A stretch of DNA of 64,000 nt from Octopus vulgaris (lineage: Eukaryota), in contig OX597815.1 in assembly GCA_951406725.2 (NCBI GenBank), positions 36,208,001 to 36,272,000 on the forward strand, given 5' to 3'. The translations under genes were made by a program, and so were the position numbers. This document shows, piece after piece, positions 51,301 through 62,698 of this stretch (its first letter is position 1; each line of letters begins with the position of its first letter). Under the pieces are notes generated by a model. That model saw nothing but the letters and a program-made list of their open reading frames with translations, was not told where the DNA came from and did not search any database.

Positions 51301-54300
51301 TTTTTAAATGAAACCACATAAATAACATTTCACTGGAAAGACCCCCATCGGTTGTGTATGCCTGCTGCCTAACTGCTTTTACTCAACAGGTTAATGGTAC
51401 ACTTTTGAGTCTATACATTAGTGCCTGTTACCTACAATCATTGCTAATTTTAATCATGTACTCATACAGCAGTAAGTCATTTTTGATCTGTGCAAATTTT
51501 GTTCACTGCATGGGGTGCTTACTCATTGAACAATCTGGTGAGGTCTCCATATCTGGTTAACATGTTTGCAAGCCATGTGAAGCTGTTTCATATCAATGGG
51601 TTTCTTATCAGCAAGTTCAATGCCATCGTTCTCTAGATCTTTAATGAACTGGAGAAAACAAATGGAATTAATCACTCGGAGGAAGTAATAGTCATAACAT
51701 GGTTTCATGGGCGAACTTATGAAAGTATCATTAGTATTAGTTTGCCGGTGACACCCATTAATCTCCACAGATATCAGTTGCTATTATATTGTGAGATTTT
51801 TAGAACATGCTAGTTAGTGATATAGGTTCCATGTCACATTTTGGTTGCATGGAAAGTTGTAGTTGAAAAGCAGAACAGCCCCCCTGTTATGTTTCTCATC
51901 TTGAAGGAATACATAACTGCACAAGATCCACAGGCTTTTCCTAACCAGGTCCATCACATTTTCTAGGTGTAGCTAATGGGAAAAAAAAGCTAGCACATTA
52001 CCAACTGTTAAGGACACAGAGTTTTATCAGGTTTTCCAAAATTCATGCATGATGCAACCACTTTTCTTTTTCCTGTTGCTGCATCTTCAACAATCCGTGT
52101 TTGTGATTGTGATATAAAATTGCTTGAAAAGCTGTCTGTTGCTGCAGGTCTGTAATTAGCATTGGCAACCTATTCTCCAATCTGACTTAAAACTGGGCAG
52201 AGGAGTCCCATTTGAAGGTGTCATTAAGCTATAAACTCTGATGACATAATCAAAGTGATAATGTGACTAAACATCACAAGCAACATTTGCACTATTTTTT
52301 GTGACAGCTGGTGGCATTTAAAAAAAAAATTATTCTAGGGTCAGATGAGTGAGCGGAGTGCAGGTAATGGTAGCAATCCTGCTCTTGGAATGACTGCTGC
52401 ATCCACTCTGACATGGGTCAAGTAGACAGCCAGGAAACTGAAGGATGATGATCCCTAACTGGTCAGGATGAAGCCAGATGAAATTCTGGTGAAAGCCTAA
52501 AATGTGTTTGAAGTGTAAATTGATAGTTGGAACATCAGAAGGTTGTCAGTTGATATAGACAGCAAGACAGTGGCCAAGGGAGTTGGAATCCACTCAAGAA
52601 TGAGTAATAACTAAACTGCTGAATTGACTGGATAGCACTGGAATGAGTGATCAATAATTTGTTGCATATTTAAAATACAGTATATTGTGTTTGTAAATGT
52701 GAAACAGGAATTTTATTGTTACTATTAGTAATACTGTGTATCAGGTTTTGCTTGCGCTTATGAAGTAAAAACAGAATTTGGTTTATATCTGCCACAATAA
52801 GAAGACATTCTGTGTAAGGTAGTGTCAAACATGCTTACTAACCAAATGGAAGAAATAAAGTACAAATATCTAATGATCACATTAAAAAGTAGTTCTATTA
52901 CATCTATATACTTTATGAGTTATTTCTAGAGCAAAAAAAAAAAAAAAAATCTTCCCTTCACTAGGATATTTCTGTAACCAGGCATGAGTCAGTGAGATAT
53001 CTTTCAGATAATTTTTTCATCACATGTTGTTTTTATGTCACACACTGAAACTTGAAATAAACTGAAGATAAGTCTAACTACTATGTAAGCTATGACTGGG
53101 CCACTTTCTGATGCTTAGGATCAAACTGCTAATTAAATTACGCTGTTCAGCCTAAGATTGAAGGCACTACTTGAAAAGATCTACTTTTCTTTTTGGTTGT
53201 TCCAATGATCAATGAAAATACAATATAAATCAATAATACACTGTAATACAAATAATATAAATTGGTGAGAAACACAAAGCAGTGAGTTTTATAGTCCTAA
53301 ATCACTGACTGATTGTAAGGTCATCACCATCATTCAATGTTCATATCTCCATGCTTACATGGGTCAGATGGAATTTGCCGAGGCAGATTTTCTACAGCTG
53401 GATGCCCTTCCTGTTGCTAACCATCATCAGTTTCCAAGCAAGGTAATATTTTCCCATAGAAAGACACATTTTTCACAGATTAGAAATGAACTACCTTGCT
53501 TGTATGATGATGTTTATACATGGGTACAACACACACACAGACACACTTATATATAATGGTTTTCTTTAAGCTTTTGTCTATTAAATTCATTCACAAAGCT
53601 TTAGTTGACCCAGGGATATAGTAGAAAATGCCACCCAAGGTACCATGTAGTGAGACTGAACCCAACACCACATGGTTGGGAAGCAAGCTTCTTAATGGAC
53701 ACAGCCATGCCTATGTGGTTATGAACAGGAATTTGTACACTCATTAGTTATAAGGCAGATTGCTCAATTTGCTTGATAACTGGAGGTATTATCACTCCAT
53801 GGATGGATATTCAGATGCCAAAAGGATACTACTTGGGAAATATTCATGTAAATATTTACATGTACAAAATCCTTTCACTCAAGTTGGTAGGGACAAATAA
53901 ATGTAAAAGGGTAAAATATATAAAACAAAAAATTAAAACCAAAACAGTGTATCCTGTTTGCAAGTAGAAGGTGAAATGAACAGATATTTACAGATTTGAT
54001 CTGACATGGCATGATCAAATATAATAGACTCTGAAGTAATACTTTGATTTCAGCTGGTATTAGTGTTGTTGTCTTTCTATGTAATCTGAATGAGATGATG
54101 TTGAGGGAACACATGGCAGGATTTATCACTGAAATACTTGGAGTACTTCGCAGTACTGTTACACTGTTGTGCTACAGCCATACTGAAAATTATGATTCTG
54201 TTACTGAGAGCAACAGCCAAAATGGATTGTGTCTTACTTGGTATCTAAATTATTCTAGTATACCTTAGGTGTTTGACAGTGACAACGGCTGTCAATATGA

Positions 54301-57300
54301 AAGGTTTCAATTCAGTAAGGTCTGAGCTATAGCTGAGATTAAAACTATTAAGTTCACAGGATATATAATGTTAACTGATGTAAAAGACTGAACACAAGTA
54401 TGTTGAGAGAAAGCTTTAGCATCAAAGCCATTGTGAATACGGCAGTGTAACATTTAAGAGCAAAGGAAGTGTGTTTGTTGTTGTTTAGCTCTATAGCTAT
54501 CCTGATCAAGTATGATTAAAACTAAGATTAATAGTATTCCAGTATCAACCACTTCACCTTTTTTTAGACAGATACTTAGAACTACACTACTTAAAGTGTT
54601 CTTCATTTTTCTAGATAATAGAGTGTAATTTCAAGGACATTTGATTGGTATTTCTAGCAGGTTTAGCAGCTGTGTAAGTAGGTTCATGTTGTTTATTAAG
54701 ATCTATAGTGTTTGATTGTTAAGCTACTGAGGGAGACCTAACTGTCAAATTGCAGTTTTAGAACATTTATTCATGGAAAATGAGTCTGTTCAATGGAAAA
54801 TGTTAGGGGTTTCCCCACCCATCTCATTCGTGTTTACATTTTTTATGAATATGCATCATCAAAAGATATACACGCATACAGACAAAAAAAATGAAGATAA
54901 TCACACACACACACAATGGGCTTCTGATTAGTTTCCATCTACTAGATTCCACCCACAAAGCATTGGTCAACCTAAAGCTATGCTAGAAAACACATACATG
55001 CTCAAGGTGCCAAATAATGGGATTGAACTTGGCAGCAGATGGCCTGCAGAGCAATCTTCTTAACCACACAGCTATGTTTGTATCCATGGTTACATATGGA
55101 TAAATCTGAGTGCATCTGAGTCGGAACTCATTGCACATTGCATCATATGGTGATAGCAACACATTGCTATTGTGTTCTCCCCCCCACACCCACCCATGTC
55201 AAAATCTGCTCCAATTTAATCATATTTCTTATGATTACATTTCTTATTTCTTTACTGCCCACAAGGGGCTAAACATAGAGGGGACAAACAAGGACAGACA
55301 AAGGGATTAAGTCAATTACATTGAGCCCAGTGCGTAACTGGTACTTAATTTATCGACCCCGAAAGGATGAAAGGCAAAGTTGACCTTGGCGGAATTTGAA
55401 CTCAGAACGTAACGGCAGCCGAAATACTGCTAAGCATTTTGCCCAGCATGCTAACATTTCTACCAGCTCACCGCCTTTCATGATTACCTTTCTTGAAATC
55501 AAAATAGTATTTTAACCTCCTCTTTTCCCAGATCAAGTTTAAAATATACATACAGAACAATTTATTTTCCTATCTTAAAACTCTATTTTTCTCTGTTTGA
55601 CAAAGGTTTCTTTACTAGAGAAACCTCTTGGTCACTTTGAAGGATTTTGACAATGTTTTCACAATACTATTTTATTATTATTCGATGTGACAATAATATA
55701 TCTGCATTCAACCATTTATTCTGAAAATGACCCATCTCTACTACTTGGCATGTCAGTACTAGTGCAAATATTAATCATTTCTAAGACCTATTTGTAATTA
55801 TTAATTTACAGGGCATTAATATTATCTATTTTTGCTACTCTGTGCACCACAACTTGGACCTATCCATTTACATGATGAAAATAAAGAGGGAGCCTCTTCA
55901 GGCTAACTTGAAACAACAGCCAAATTTCTCTCAAATAACCATCCACTACTTGAATAACAAAGAAACACTGGATAGTGTAGTCCTACATACTCCTAAAAAG
56001 ATGAGATGTTCATGATTGAAATTTTATGATCATAGGCCAGCTCAATAAGGCTTGACCCAGGGCAATACAGTTTCTATATGAGCTATCTTTATTGTTACTC
56101 TGTAAAGAGTAAATAGTACACAGAAAAAAAGTGTTGTTAATAACAGTCTTAACATGCAAGAAGCTTCTACAAAACTTTTACTCAAATATTTAACAGCATG
56201 TTGCCAACTAATTGCTGCAACTGGAATGTTGAAAAGATGAACAATAATGAGAAAAAAATGCATATCTGATGAATCATTAACAACAATTGCTAATCTAAGA
56301 ATAGTTTGTTGCCATTAATACACAAAATTACAAGAAAAGTTATATAAAAAAATTACATTTCTCAAGAAAATATGTTATTAACAGTAATACTTTTTTAATG
56401 AAATGTCAAGCTCAACACAAAGCTTATAACTGAAGTTTATATTTATTACTGCAGGGGGGTCTAGAAACTTGGGATATGTTTTCAACTCTTTTTTTGGCAT
56501 GAAAAAATTTTAACTACTGTTTTACATTCATTTTAATATGTTTGCATGGAACAAAAAGTTGTGCTTTGAGCAATTGTTTTTACAGCTGGCTGCTCTTTAA
56601 GTTAAACACTCAACCATGAAACCAATCTAACAATTTTTTTGGGTTTTTTTTTGACAAAATGTGTAATATTGAAAATAAAAGTTATGACAAAAGGAAAGAT
56701 CTGCATTAAAGGGCTTGTCCCCAGGATGATAAACCTCTTCCTTTTCTCACTCAAATTACAGTTATTTGCTTTTGAATTATTTATTGCCAATATAAGCAAG
56801 CAGAGTTGTTGCTGAACCCCAAGTCACCACTGATCAAAAGGTTTTCAACCTTGAATATACCATCTGTTTTTTCAGTCACATTATATCTAGGATTACATTA
56901 ACCATTTAAAAAAAAAATGTTATGGTGTGATTTGAGGGATATCAGCCTGTTATTTCTTGTAGGTTTTGTGAAAATTTAGAGTTTGCCTCATTTAGCAAAG
57001 GAACGTCTTATAATAGCTGTAAAGATTTAAACTTAAAATCACATGATTAGTAATACACTAACACCTCAACCCTACAGCTATTGTCTCTCTGTTTGAAATT
57101 TTCTTAAATAGGAAATAGTTGAAGGTTGGTGGCAGGAAAGGCATCTGAGTATAGAAAATCTGCCTCAAAATATTTCATCTGACTCAAGTAAGCATGGAAA
57201 TGTGGATTTTAAGATGATGATAATGTAATCAGAAGGGGAAAAAAATTCAAATTTGAACTTTTTTTAAAAAAATCAATAAAAACTGAATATTTTTATTGAT

Positions 57301-59672
57301 TTAAATTTGAATTTCAGATTTTATTCAAATTTTTATTCAAGTTTATTCATCTGAAATTTCATTTCAAACCCTGCTCCACAAAGTAAATAAACATTCATTT
57401 GAGATCCATTTTACCATGTTTTTCATGGCTAGGATACATCAGTGGAGAAATAATCCATGCATCTCATTTTCATCTAATCTGGTTATACAACACAAAGTTT
57501 ACTTTGAGTTACCTTCTACAATCAACTAGCAACATTTATCCCATTTAAATGTTTATATAGGCTAAACAGTTTCACAAACTCCTCTTCGTATATCTGCCAA
57601 TACTTTTGATGTCCACTTATTTTCTCTCCTTGATTTATGCTTTTTCTTTTTTTGCACTAAGACTTTCTTCTAAAAAAAAAAAATTACCTTTTATAAGTGA
57701 GTTGCTGTTGCTTAGCTCCAGGTCAAGCCTGATTAAGCAAACCTGAGGAAAAGCTATCCAGTCATTACTATCTCATATTCATAACATAATCTATTAGGAT
57801 TACATTATCCAATGAGGTTGACTTTGCCTTTCATCCTTTTGGGGTCGATAAGTTAAGTACCAGTTGCCTACTGCTGGTCGATCCAATTGACTGGCCCTCT
57901 CCCCCCCCAAATTTCGGGCCTTGTAGCTAGAGTAGAAAAGATTATCCAATGTGTTTTTCCTAACTGCTATTTCTAGTAGGTTGAATGACCACAAATAGGT
58001 TTCTTTGTTGGCTGCACTACCTGGCTGGAATACTTTCCACTCCTACTTTACAACTGAGCAATTATCAGTAAAATGGGTTTTTGGCTGTAAAAAACAATTG
58101 CTTCAAAAATATAAAATAGCTAAATTTGCAAATAAAACATGCTACCTAGACTTGCTTGGCAAAACAGATGTAAACCACTTAAAAAATATCAAAGTAACTG
58201 AAACAAGTAGAATCTTGATGAAACAATGTTCTTTAGAATAATAATGCATGCATGTGTATATGTACAGTAATACTTCACTTTACAAGACCCTGGGTTTACG
58301 GGTTTTGTTTTACAAGCACAAGATCCAAATTTTGAACAAAGTGCAGAAGTTTCTACTACCATTACAAATGCTTCTGCATGTTACCGAGAAAATTATAGAG
58401 AGCAAAAAAAAAAAGCTTCTTCTAAGCAAACAACTCTTTACTCTTTTTACTCTTTTACTTGTTTCAGTCATTTGACTGTGACCATGCTGGAGCACCGCCT
58501 TTAGTCGAGTAAATCAACCCCAGGACTTATTCTTTGTAAGCCTAGTACTTATTCTATTAGTTGCTTTTGCTGAACCGCTAAGTTACGGGGACGTAAACAC
58601 ACCACCATCGGTTGTCAAGCAATGGTGGGGGGGGGGACTAACACAGACACACAAACATATACACGCATATATATATACGACGGGCTTCTTCCAGTTTCTG
58701 CCTACCAAATCCACTCACAAGGCTTTGGTCGGCCCGATGCTATAGTAGAAGACACTTGCCCATGGTGCCACGCAGTGGGAATGAACCCGGAACCACGTGG
58801 TTGGTAAGCAAGCTACTTACCACACAGCCACTCCTGCGCCTATAACTTTAGACTTATTTTTTAAAAAAAAAAGTCTGTAAGTCTGTCTTCAAGTTCTTGT
58901 GAATCGGTGATGGTGTGCATATGTCTAGTGTGAGTGAAAGTGATTCAGAAATTATTATAATAATAATATCTTTTATTATAAATGTGGCTGAGTTCCTTTC
59001 ATTGTTGGGCCTCACAGAGGCAATGACCGAGACCTTTGACATTATGTCAGGCTTAAGAAGAAGGTCCATCAAGCTGAGCAAAATTGCAGTCATAGCAGAT
59101 ACCAGTGCCATGCAAATTTGCACCTGTGCCAGTGGCATGTAAAAGCACCCCAGTGTCATGCAAATGGCACCCATGCTGGTGGCACGTAAAAGCACCCATT
59201 ACACTCTCAGTGTGGTTGGCATTAGGAAGGGCATTCAGTTATAGAAAACCATGTTAAACCAGACTGGAGTCTCGTGCAGCCTTCCAGCATGCCAGCCCGG
59301 TCAAACCATCCAACCCATGCCAGCATGGACAACGGATGTTACATGATGATGATGATGATCTTGACATACTTTTTACTTTACATAAAATACCATTTCCATT
59401 CTACTGTTGTTTTACTGCCATTTGTTTATGAATATTATAAATTTTATAGGTAAAATATTTTTCTGGGAACGAATTACGATTTATAATATTGCTACTATGG
59501 GAAATTATTGCTCTACTTTACAAGCATTCACTTTATGAGTGGCCTCCAGGAACAAATTATCACGTATATCGAGGCATTACTGTATATGTATATACATTAA
59601 AATGGAAAGCAGAATTAAATCTGTTGAGAAGAAAATGAGTAGAAAGTTTTTCAACCTACCACCAGCTTCCAT
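26303..59672 (-). CDS. MAP3K2: Mitogen-activated protein kinase kinase kinase 2/3 (MEKK2/3 co-ortholog), 15 coding exons, 1887 nt including stop, about 628 aa
   Basis: PB1 domain ([11 protein letters not shown]...[19 protein letters not shown]...SLRIFL), [18 protein letters not shown] and RTFPR, then kinase domain [79 protein letters not shown]. All introns GT-AG and in phase. Confidence 0.95.
26700..27241. mobile_element. Head-to-head pair of a non-autonomous repeat forming a hairpin with arms of about 147 bp (26859-27005 / 27015-27161)
   Basis: Arms are reverse complements and contain CCCTAACCCT; outer repeat tgcatttcggcaattttaacca / tggttaaaattgccgaaatgca. Confidence 0.8.
28355..28646 (+). 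mobile_element. SINE family C
   Basis: Near-identical to the copies at 37011 and 45501. Confidence 0.9.
28683..28857 (-). CDS. MAP3K2: MAP3K2/3 coding exon 14
   Basis: TACAG|GT GCT AAT...ATA TG|GTAAG; [58 protein letters not shown]. Confidence 0.96.
29850..29979 (-). CDS. MAP3K2: MAP3K2/3 coding exon 13
   Basis: TTCAG|GGT TCT TTA...ATA AAA T|GTAAGT; [43 protein letters not shown]. Confidence 0.96.
30108..30341 (+). mobile_element. SINE family B
   Basis: Colinear with the copy at 22604. Confidence 0.88.
31678..31800 (-). CDS. MAP3K2: MAP3K2/3 coding exon 12
   Basis: TACAG|GAA GTC CGG...CCT GGG|GTAAGA; [26 protein letters not shown]...IFMEYMPG. Confidence 0.96.
32271..32419 (-). CDS. MAP3K2: MAP3K2/3 coding exon 11 (kinase subdomains I-II)
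   Basis: GAAG|CT CCC CGA GCA...TCT AAG|GTAAAT; [39 protein letters not shown]. Confidence 0.95.
32746..33028. repeat. Near-perfect palindrome, 136-bp arms, 11-nt loop
   Basis: 32746-32881 is the reverse complement of 32893-33028 with 3 mismatches by eye. Confidence 0.97.
32897..32947 (+). ncRNA. Hammerhead-like motif with swapped G3-C8 core (identical copy at 32827-32877 on the minus strand)
   Basis: tttgtca-GTGAACA-G-gtcgc[ggtctcaaa]gcgac-GAAA-ATATTT^tgacaaa. Confidence 0.6.
33622..33861 (-). CDS. MAP3K2: MAP3K2/3 coding exon 10
   Basis: TTCAG|GT CAT CGA ACA TTT CCT CGC...AAA T|GTGAG; HRTFPR followed by a Ser-rich linker. Confidence 0.9.
34203..34779 (-). mobile_element. Solo-LTR-like element
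   Basis: TGTAA...TTACA termini, CpG-rich relative to flanks, AATAAA on the minus strand at about 34319-34324, terminal hairpin 34203-34258; no clean TSD. Confidence 0.5.
35164..35235 (-). CDS. MAP3K2: MAP3K2/3 coding exon 9
   Basis: TTCAG|GA AGC AAA...GAA C|GTAAGT; FGTFPRGY motif. Confidence 0.88.
35359..35447 (-). CDS. MAP3K2: MAP3K2/3 coding exon 8
   Basis: AACAG|T GGG GAG TCC TAT CCT...CCT G|GTAAGA; [22 protein letters not shown]. Confidence 0.85.
36562..36656 (-). CDS. MAP3K2: MAP3K2/3 coding exon 7
   Basis: TTGCAG|CCA ATT AGC...TGC CA|GTGAGT; [26 protein letters not shown]. Confidence 0.85.
37011..37256 (+). mobile_element. SINE family C
   Basis: Conserved body and tail. Confidence 0.9.
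37277..37405 (-). CDS. MAP3K2: MAP3K2/3 coding exon 6
   Basis: TGCAG|CAT CGA GAT...GAT GAA|GTAAGT; [10 protein letters not shown]...[11 protein letters not shown]. Confidence 0.9.
37578..37760 (-). CDS. MAP3K2: MAP3K2/3 coding exon 5 (PB1 end)
   Basis: TTCAG|TTT TAT ATA CCT...TAT AAT|GTAAGT; [31 protein letters not shown]... Confidence 0.9.
38126..38400 (-). mobile_element. CR1-like LINE ORF2 fragment
   Basis: [38 protein letters not shown] resembles the endonuclease-RT linker. Confidence 0.6.
39136..40341 (-). mobile_element. Full-length mariner (DD34D-type) transposon with pseudogenised transposase
   Basis: TA|TCAGGTCATTCCATAAGTTCTGTCCGA...TCGGACAGAACTTATGGGATGACCTGA|TA; motifs [30 protein letters not shown] split over three ORFs. 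Confidence 0.95.
41554..41659 (-). CDS. MAP3K2: MAP3K2/3 coding exon 4 (PB1)
   Basis: CTTAG|G GCA ATC...GGA GAA|GTAAGT; [35 protein letters not shown]. Confidence 0.88.
42329..42375 (-). CDS. MAP3K2: MAP3K2/3 coding exon 3 (PB1 start)
   Basis: TTCAG|AAA AAT GGT...AAG AG|GTAAGT; [16 protein letters not shown]. Confidence 0.9.
43110..43495 (+). mobile_element. Merlin/ISXO2-like (IS1016-related) transposase remnant
   Basis: [32 protein letters not shown]....[11 protein letters not shown] across frameshifts. Confidence 0.85.
44099..44474 (-). mobile_element. Non-autonomous Helitron
   Basis: Minus strand A|TCTTTATATATAAAAG...CCCGAGCAACGCCGGG hairpin...CTAG|T; internal tandem duplication of about 120 bp. 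Confidence 0.88.
44965..45107. repeat. Inverted repeat with arms of about 65 bp
   Basis: ataggagaggaaaaattataataaggcagaatgctaaattgaaagtaaattt and its exact reverse complement. Confidence 0.93.
45284..45499. repeat. Inverted repeat with arms of about 65 bp and a spacer of about 85 bp
   Basis: ataattaggaaatggagaaaaccacagattaacaaacacatc... / ...gatgtgtttgttaacctatggttttctccattttctaattat. Confidence 0.9.
45501..45900 (-). mobile_element. SINE family C, long copy with internal tandem units
   Basis: (CAT)n tail on plus strand; repeated ggtgctttttacgtgcca units. Confidence 0.9.
46366..46466 (-). CDS. MAP3K2: MAP3K2/3 coding exon 2
   Basis: TTTAG|AT GAT TTT...ATT CAG|GTAAC; [34 protein letters not shown]. 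Confidence 0.8.
47101..47272 (+). mobile_element. R4/Dong-type (RLE) LINE 3' end sitting in (AAT)n
   Basis: [21 protein letters not shown]-terminus; (AAT)n on both sides, consistent with TAA-repeat targeting by Dong elements. Confidence 0.7.
47600..48040 (+). mobile_element. Older R4/Dong-type LINE 3' fragment
   Basis: Degenerate [20 protein letters not shown] motif and (AAT)n tail. Confidence 0.5.
49056..49282. mobile_element. hAT-family MITE
   Basis: TIRs CAGCGTTTCTCAAC / GTTGAGAAACATTG with a perfect 8-bp TSD GTTTAGAG. Confidence 0.92.
50070..50560 (+). mobile_element. Degenerate LINE apurinic-like endonuclease region
   Basis: Motifs in order [27 protein letters not shown], approximating NVxG, DxxxLQE, xYAP, GDFN. 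Confidence 0.55.
52430..52650 (+). pseudogene. Decayed 28S rRNA-derived fragment (two non-contiguous segments)
   Basis: gaagccagatgaaattctggtg resembles GAAGCCAGAGGAAACTCTGGTG; ttgatatagacagcaagacagtggcca..ttggaatccactcaagaatgagtaataact resembles TTGATATAGACAGCAGGACGGTGGCCATGGAAGTCGGAATCCGCTAAGGAGTGTGTAACAACT. Confidence 0.75.
55240..55477 (-). mobile_element. SINE family B
   Basis: Reverse complement of the 22604 and 30108 copies. Confidence 0.88.
58434..58841 (-). mobile_element. SINE family A, full length
   Basis: Reverse complement of the 17042 copy. Confidence 0.9.
58985..59359 (+). mobile_element. SINE family C
   Basis: tggcacgtaaaagcacc units and (GAT)n tail. Confidence 0.85.
59660..59672 (-). 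CDS. MAP3K2: MAP3K2/3 candidate start exon, coding part MEAG-; whole exon 59660-59810
   Basis: Long polypyrimidine tract plus CAG at 59811; AAAATC ATG GAA GCT GGT G|GTAGGT; phase 1 fits the next exon (G|AT GAT = DD). Confidence 0.7.
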
Positions 59673-61544
59673 GATTTTAAGACAAGTACTTGCTGCTATA
59701 GAAGCACAAGTCCTCAGGATTATTTCTAATCCAAAATTTCACAGAATTAAAGACCAAGATTCAACTGCAACTACATGCATAAGCAAAGCTTCAGCTGCTG
59801 ACATAATAAACTGAAAAAAAAGAAAGAAAAAAAAATTTAATATTAAAATAACATTCATTCACATATTTATATGTTCATATATATAAAATTATATCTAGCA
59901 GATAGATTTTCAAATGTAAACTTCTATAGAACAAATAATTCTACTCAATTCACTGAAATATGAGATTTGAATAAGATATGAGAGGAAATTTTTTATTGAT
60001 CAAATGAAACCCAGCACTCTTGTGAATGTGGCCTTGAAATAAGGAAATTAAATCAATTAAGGGATATAAATACAGATGGCAAACATAAACACATCTAATA
60101 CCAGCAATATCATCATGATAGAACAAAGAGCCTTTCCATGTAGTCATCTGACCTGCATAATGTAGCAGCCAAATCTTCTGTAACAATCTTTTCTTATCTT
60201 AAAATGGGTTAGCAGCTATTGGGCATTGAACTTAGTTTCTATCTCCCTGAAGAGAAATCTCAGACACTGTGATGCAGTTTTAGCTATGTTGTTGACAGGC
60301 AATTTCCATGACAAGCCATCAGAAACTGGTGAAGTTTATGAAGTAAAGTTTATGAAGATTAACGCATGTGGTTGTAAGTATGACTGATCTGTTCTGATAG
60401 AATACTTGTCCATGCAGCAAGTCTAAAAAAAGGAGGCCCATTAGACTGAGACCATTAATTTCAATAAAGGATCATAATCAAACAGGAACAACACCTTTTC
60501 ATGAGTGAGTAGTGGGATGGAGACACAAGGATGGGTTCTACTTTTTATAGTTATAGAATGCTTCAGCGCTAAATGGCTGCTAAACATTTAGAGAGTACAT
60601 TTATATACTACATTATAGTACTGATCACATAGCCAATATTGTTTTGTTTTCATATTCATTTTCCATTATGCATGGGTCAGACAGATATATTATTAAGGTA
60701 TTGTTTTACAATCAGACACCCTTCTTGGCACTAACCTGTACCTGTTTTTCAAGTAAAGAATCTCTTATTCTATAAAGCACTGGACACATGAAGTTGGCAG
60801 GCAATTTATTGACTGGAGAAATCCTAACAGCATTCAAATGTTGTTACTTTTGCAGATGCAAGTGCAGATATAAACTCACATGTGCGCATGCACACACACA
60901 CACACAGTAATTCAATAGATCTTGCAGTTTCCATCTACCAAATCCACTCACAAACAAATGTTTGGTCGACTTGTGGTTATATTACCAACATCTTAATTTG
61001 CAGAAACTTCATACTAAATCTTTTGCTTAATTTGTTTCTCTCCATCCTTTTGAAATTCTCTTTCAGCCACTAATCTGCAACAGCTGAAAAGAGCATTAAT
61101 TGCACTAATCTCGCATAGGAAGTTTAGAAAACGCTGTGAACTCTGCAATTTTTCTAAGGTTAACGAATAAAAAACAATTAATAAGTTCTAAAAAGTTTTT
61201 AAAATTCTATCAAGCAAAATGTCTGAGGACTCCATAACAGTGGCTAAGTCTGCTTAAAAGTCATAAGCCTCTGATGTTGCAGGGAAGACTGTTATATTTT
61301 ATTTGAATGAAATTACAGCTGCTGTAATCAACTCATCGAGTTTCTTGAGGACGTTACCCATATCACTGATCCTGGGTGGATGTTGTTTACCTGGACTTTG
61401 CTAAGGCTTTTAACTCTGTGCCACACAAAAGACTTATGGTGAAGCTTTCTGCATTGGGTGTAAGAGACGAACTCTATAACTGGTTAAAGTCCTTTATTTT
61501 CGGCCGAAAAGAGGTTGTCACAGTTCTAGGACAGCACTCATCGC

Positions 61545-61693
61545 CCTACACTTGATTTTCTCCCCTCCATACACACACAAGCATGTTCACTTTCCAGACA
61601 TTTCTACATTACTGCATGTACTTTATATGCACTTTCTGACAAGTTGTGGTGCACCTGAGCACTGTATACAATAATTTCATTATTATTATTATT
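61545..61693 (+). mobile_element. CR1/L2-type LINE 3' end
   Basis: Same 3' UTR and (ATT)n tail as 15383-15690. Confidence 0.8.
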
Positions 61694-62698
61694 TAAAATT
61701 TTTATCACAATTTCCTGTAAATGGTACCTGTCATTAAAAACGTTCCACACATGAATAAAAAAACTGTGCTGGTGCCTTTACCAAATTTCATGTCTTTAAG
61801 TGACTTGCAAGATACCATCCACTCCTTGTAGGAATGTCAGTTTATTGCTGGACTGTATGTATGTACTCAGCATTACAAACTAAGAGTTGTACTTCATTTA
61901 GATATCTGTTTACAGCTAGGTGGAAAGTTAAGCATCTTTACCATATACAACACAATGCTAGAGAAATTACTGACCTTTTAGCTTGTATGATAATATCTTA
62001 AGAACTTAGGTGTGATTTTTATGAAATATTATTAAAAGGCTTCAGTTTAGAGACAGGGCACAAGTGGATCGAAGTTTTGATTGCTATACTTAACCTATTT
62101 TAATCAACCTGTGAAAGGTAACAGGCAAGGTTAACCGTGTCAGGATTTGAACTCAGAATGTAAAAATAATTTATATGTTACTTTACCAATTCTAAATTAG
62201 AATATCATCGAATAGGGGATTAATCGCAAACTTGTGTCCAATTAAATAACTATGTTTAAGTCAAGATGAACTCATCTATTCATGTGGAAAAAAAAACAAA
62301 CAAAAAAAACAAAAAAACAACAGCTAGTATATACTAAAGTGACATACTAGTTGAAACAGGTCTGATAGAGAAATAAAAGAAATTTGATGAAAGCACACAA
62401 AGAAATAGAATAGAATACAGTATATAAATTTTGCTGTGTCATAGGTTCATTCTGTTGCTCAGTTCATTTCAACTTATTTCTGTAGTTTAGGTGAATGAAA
62501 TAAAAAGAAGAAATTTATCATCTGTATTTTAATTCTATTCTAAAGAAGTCTTCTGAAAACCAGTTGATAAAAAATAAATAAACTAGACCACTAAGAAAAC
62601 TAAACTTTACAACAATGTGACTGGCCTTCTAACCAGCAACTTGCTCAATGGTTAAACAATTTAGTGTATTTATGAACTGCTGTTAACTATGATGTAAA

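Noticed and set aside
51300-52320. Possible pogo/Tigger-like transposase remnant ([19 protein letters not shown]...)
   Set aside because: Motifs too decayed to assign by eye
59539-59814. 91-aa plus-strand ORF ([11 protein letters not shown]...)
   Set aside because: It overlaps the MAP3K start exon in antisense, has no recognisable motif, and the splice signals favour the minus strand
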